Source: Okamejei kenojei
Lineage: Eukaryota
Length of the DNA stretch: 64,000 bases
Direction of reading: 5' to 3'
NCBI GenBank assembly: GCA_035221665.1
Contig: JAVHYY010000078.1
Location: forward strand, 62,001-126,000
Position 1 is the first letter of the stretch. Every line of letters starts with the position of its first letter. Made by a program: the position numbers and the translations under genes. The notes beneath the pieces were generated by a model that was not told where the DNA came from, searched no databases, and saw only the letters and a program-made list of their open reading frames with translations. Positions 62,509-64,000 of the stretch are shown one piece after another.

Positions 62509-64000
62509 CTAACATACACCTCCCCCTTGATATTATATTAATATTATTCATTTGCTCCTTTTACCCCATCCCCCATTCTATCCACTCACACATAGCCCCA
62601 AACTGTGCAGGCACAGTTAGAGAAGGAGATGGGGGGGGGGGGGGATAGAGAGAGAGGGCAGAGAGAGAGAGGGCAGAGAGTGAGAGAGAGGGCAGAGAGT
62701 GGGAGAGAGGGCAGAGAGAGTGAGAGAGAGGGTGGGGGCAGAGACAGAGGGCAGAGATAGTGGGCAGTGAGAGAGGGGGCAAAGAGAGCAGAGATAGGGT
62801 AGAGACAGAAGCAGAGAGGGCAGAGAGAGAGAGAGAGAGAGGGCAGAGAGAGAGAGAGAGGCAGAGAGGGCAGAGAGAGAGAGAGGCAGAGAGAGAGAGA
62901 GAGAGGGCAGAGAGGGCAGAGAGGGCAGAATGGCAGAGAGAGAGGGCAGAGATAGAGAGAGGGCAGAGACACAGAGAGAGAGGGCAGAGACAGAGAGGGG
63001 CAGAGACAGAGAGGCAGCAGAGACACACAGAGAGGGCAGAGACAGAGAGCAGAGATAGGGAGAGAGGGCAGAGATAGGGAGAGGGCAGAGACAGGGAGAG
63101 AGGGCAGAAACAGGAAGAGAGGACAGAGACAGGGAGAGAGGGCAGAGACAGAGAGAGAGGGCATAGACAGAGAGAGAGCACAGAGACAGAGATAGAGGGC
63201 AGAGACAGAGAGAGAGGGCAGACAGAGAAAGAGGGCAGACATAGAGAGAGGGCAGAGACAGACACACATACAGTAACACACTTGATATTATATTAATATT
63301 ATTCATTCTCTCTTTTTACCCCAACCACCGTCCTATCCACTCACGAATAGCCCCAAACTGTGCAGGCACAGCTAGAGAAGGAGAGGGCGGGGGGGGGGGG
63401 GGGGGGGGGTAGAGAGAGTAGGCAGAGAGAAAGAGGGCAGAGAGCGAGAGGGCAGAGAGTGGGAGAGAGGGCAGAGAGCGAGAGGGCACAGAGAGAGAGA
63501 GGGGGCACAGAGAGAGAGGGGGGGCAGAGAGAGAGAGAGGGCAGAGATAGAGGGCAGAGAGAGAGCGGGGGCAGAGAGGGCAGAGATAGGGCAGAGGCAG
63601 AGGCAAAGATGGCAGAGAGAGAGTGGCAGAGTGGGCAGAGAGGGAGGCAGCGAGGGCAGAGAGAGATAGAGGCAGAGAGGGCAGAGAGAGAGAGGGCAGA
63701 GAGATAGCAGAGAGGGGGCAGAGAGAGGGCAGAGACAGAGAGAGGGGGCAGAGACAGAGAGAGGGGGCAGAGACAGAAAGAGAGGGCAGAGACAGAGAGC
63801 AGAGACAGGGAGAGAGGGCAGAGATAAGGAGAGAGAGCGGAGACAGGTAGAGGGCAGAGATAGGGAGAGAGAGCAGAGACAGGGACAGGGAGAGAGGGCA
63901 GAAATAGGGAGAGAGGGCAGAGTCAGAGAGAGAAGGCAGAGACAGAGAGAGAGGGCAGAGACAGAGAGAGAGGGCAGAGACAGAGAGAGAGGGCAGAGAC
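62324..64000 (-). mobile_element. Second Helitron-like unit filled with microsatellite, running off the window
   Basis: Same ctagaccaag end plus hairpin ggggac-ccgttgc-gtcccc (62334-62352); G-runs, (CA)n and a GA-rich array. Confidence 0.5.
62645..64000. repeat. GA-rich compound microsatellite (ggcagagagaga-type units)
   Basis: Directly visible. Interrupted at 63281-63410 by a second copy of 62526-62645. Confidence 0.92.

Noticed and set aside
62561-63850. Long ORFs of 100-234 aa rich in L/S/C/P or E/R/G
   Set aside because: They are translations of the GA-rich microsatellite, which lacks stops.

Overview
Repeat-rich eukaryotic DNA from a cartilaginous fish, probably a skate or ray (inferred from HE1-type V-SINEs and HER1/CR1-type LINE tails). 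The only host coding sequence I can support is three minus-strand exons of the adhesion GPCR ADGRA1/GPR123 (46355-46482, 33359-33482, 5604-5749). They have canonical GT-AG sites and join in frame; everything else is intron. The introns hold nested transposons: a full-length decayed Penelope-like element (363-5300, TSD, 3' hammerhead-like motif), about 20 short hammerhead-motif derivatives (often inverted pairs), a structurally complete DIRS1-type element (14435-20977), PIF/Harbinger MITEs, pogo/Tigger-like and hAT-like elements, tandem Helitron-like ends, and many CR1, Rex-Babar and V-SINE copies. Two observations stand out. (1) Two copies of a ~135-nt TSD-flanked retroposon (53537-53678, 56019-56151) begin exactly at G1 of a minimal 54-nt HDV-like ribozyme fold and end in a (GAA)n tail. 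(2) The DIRS element carries an antisense, internally deleted FoxG forkhead gene fragment. Folds and family calls were made by eye and need database and experimental checks.
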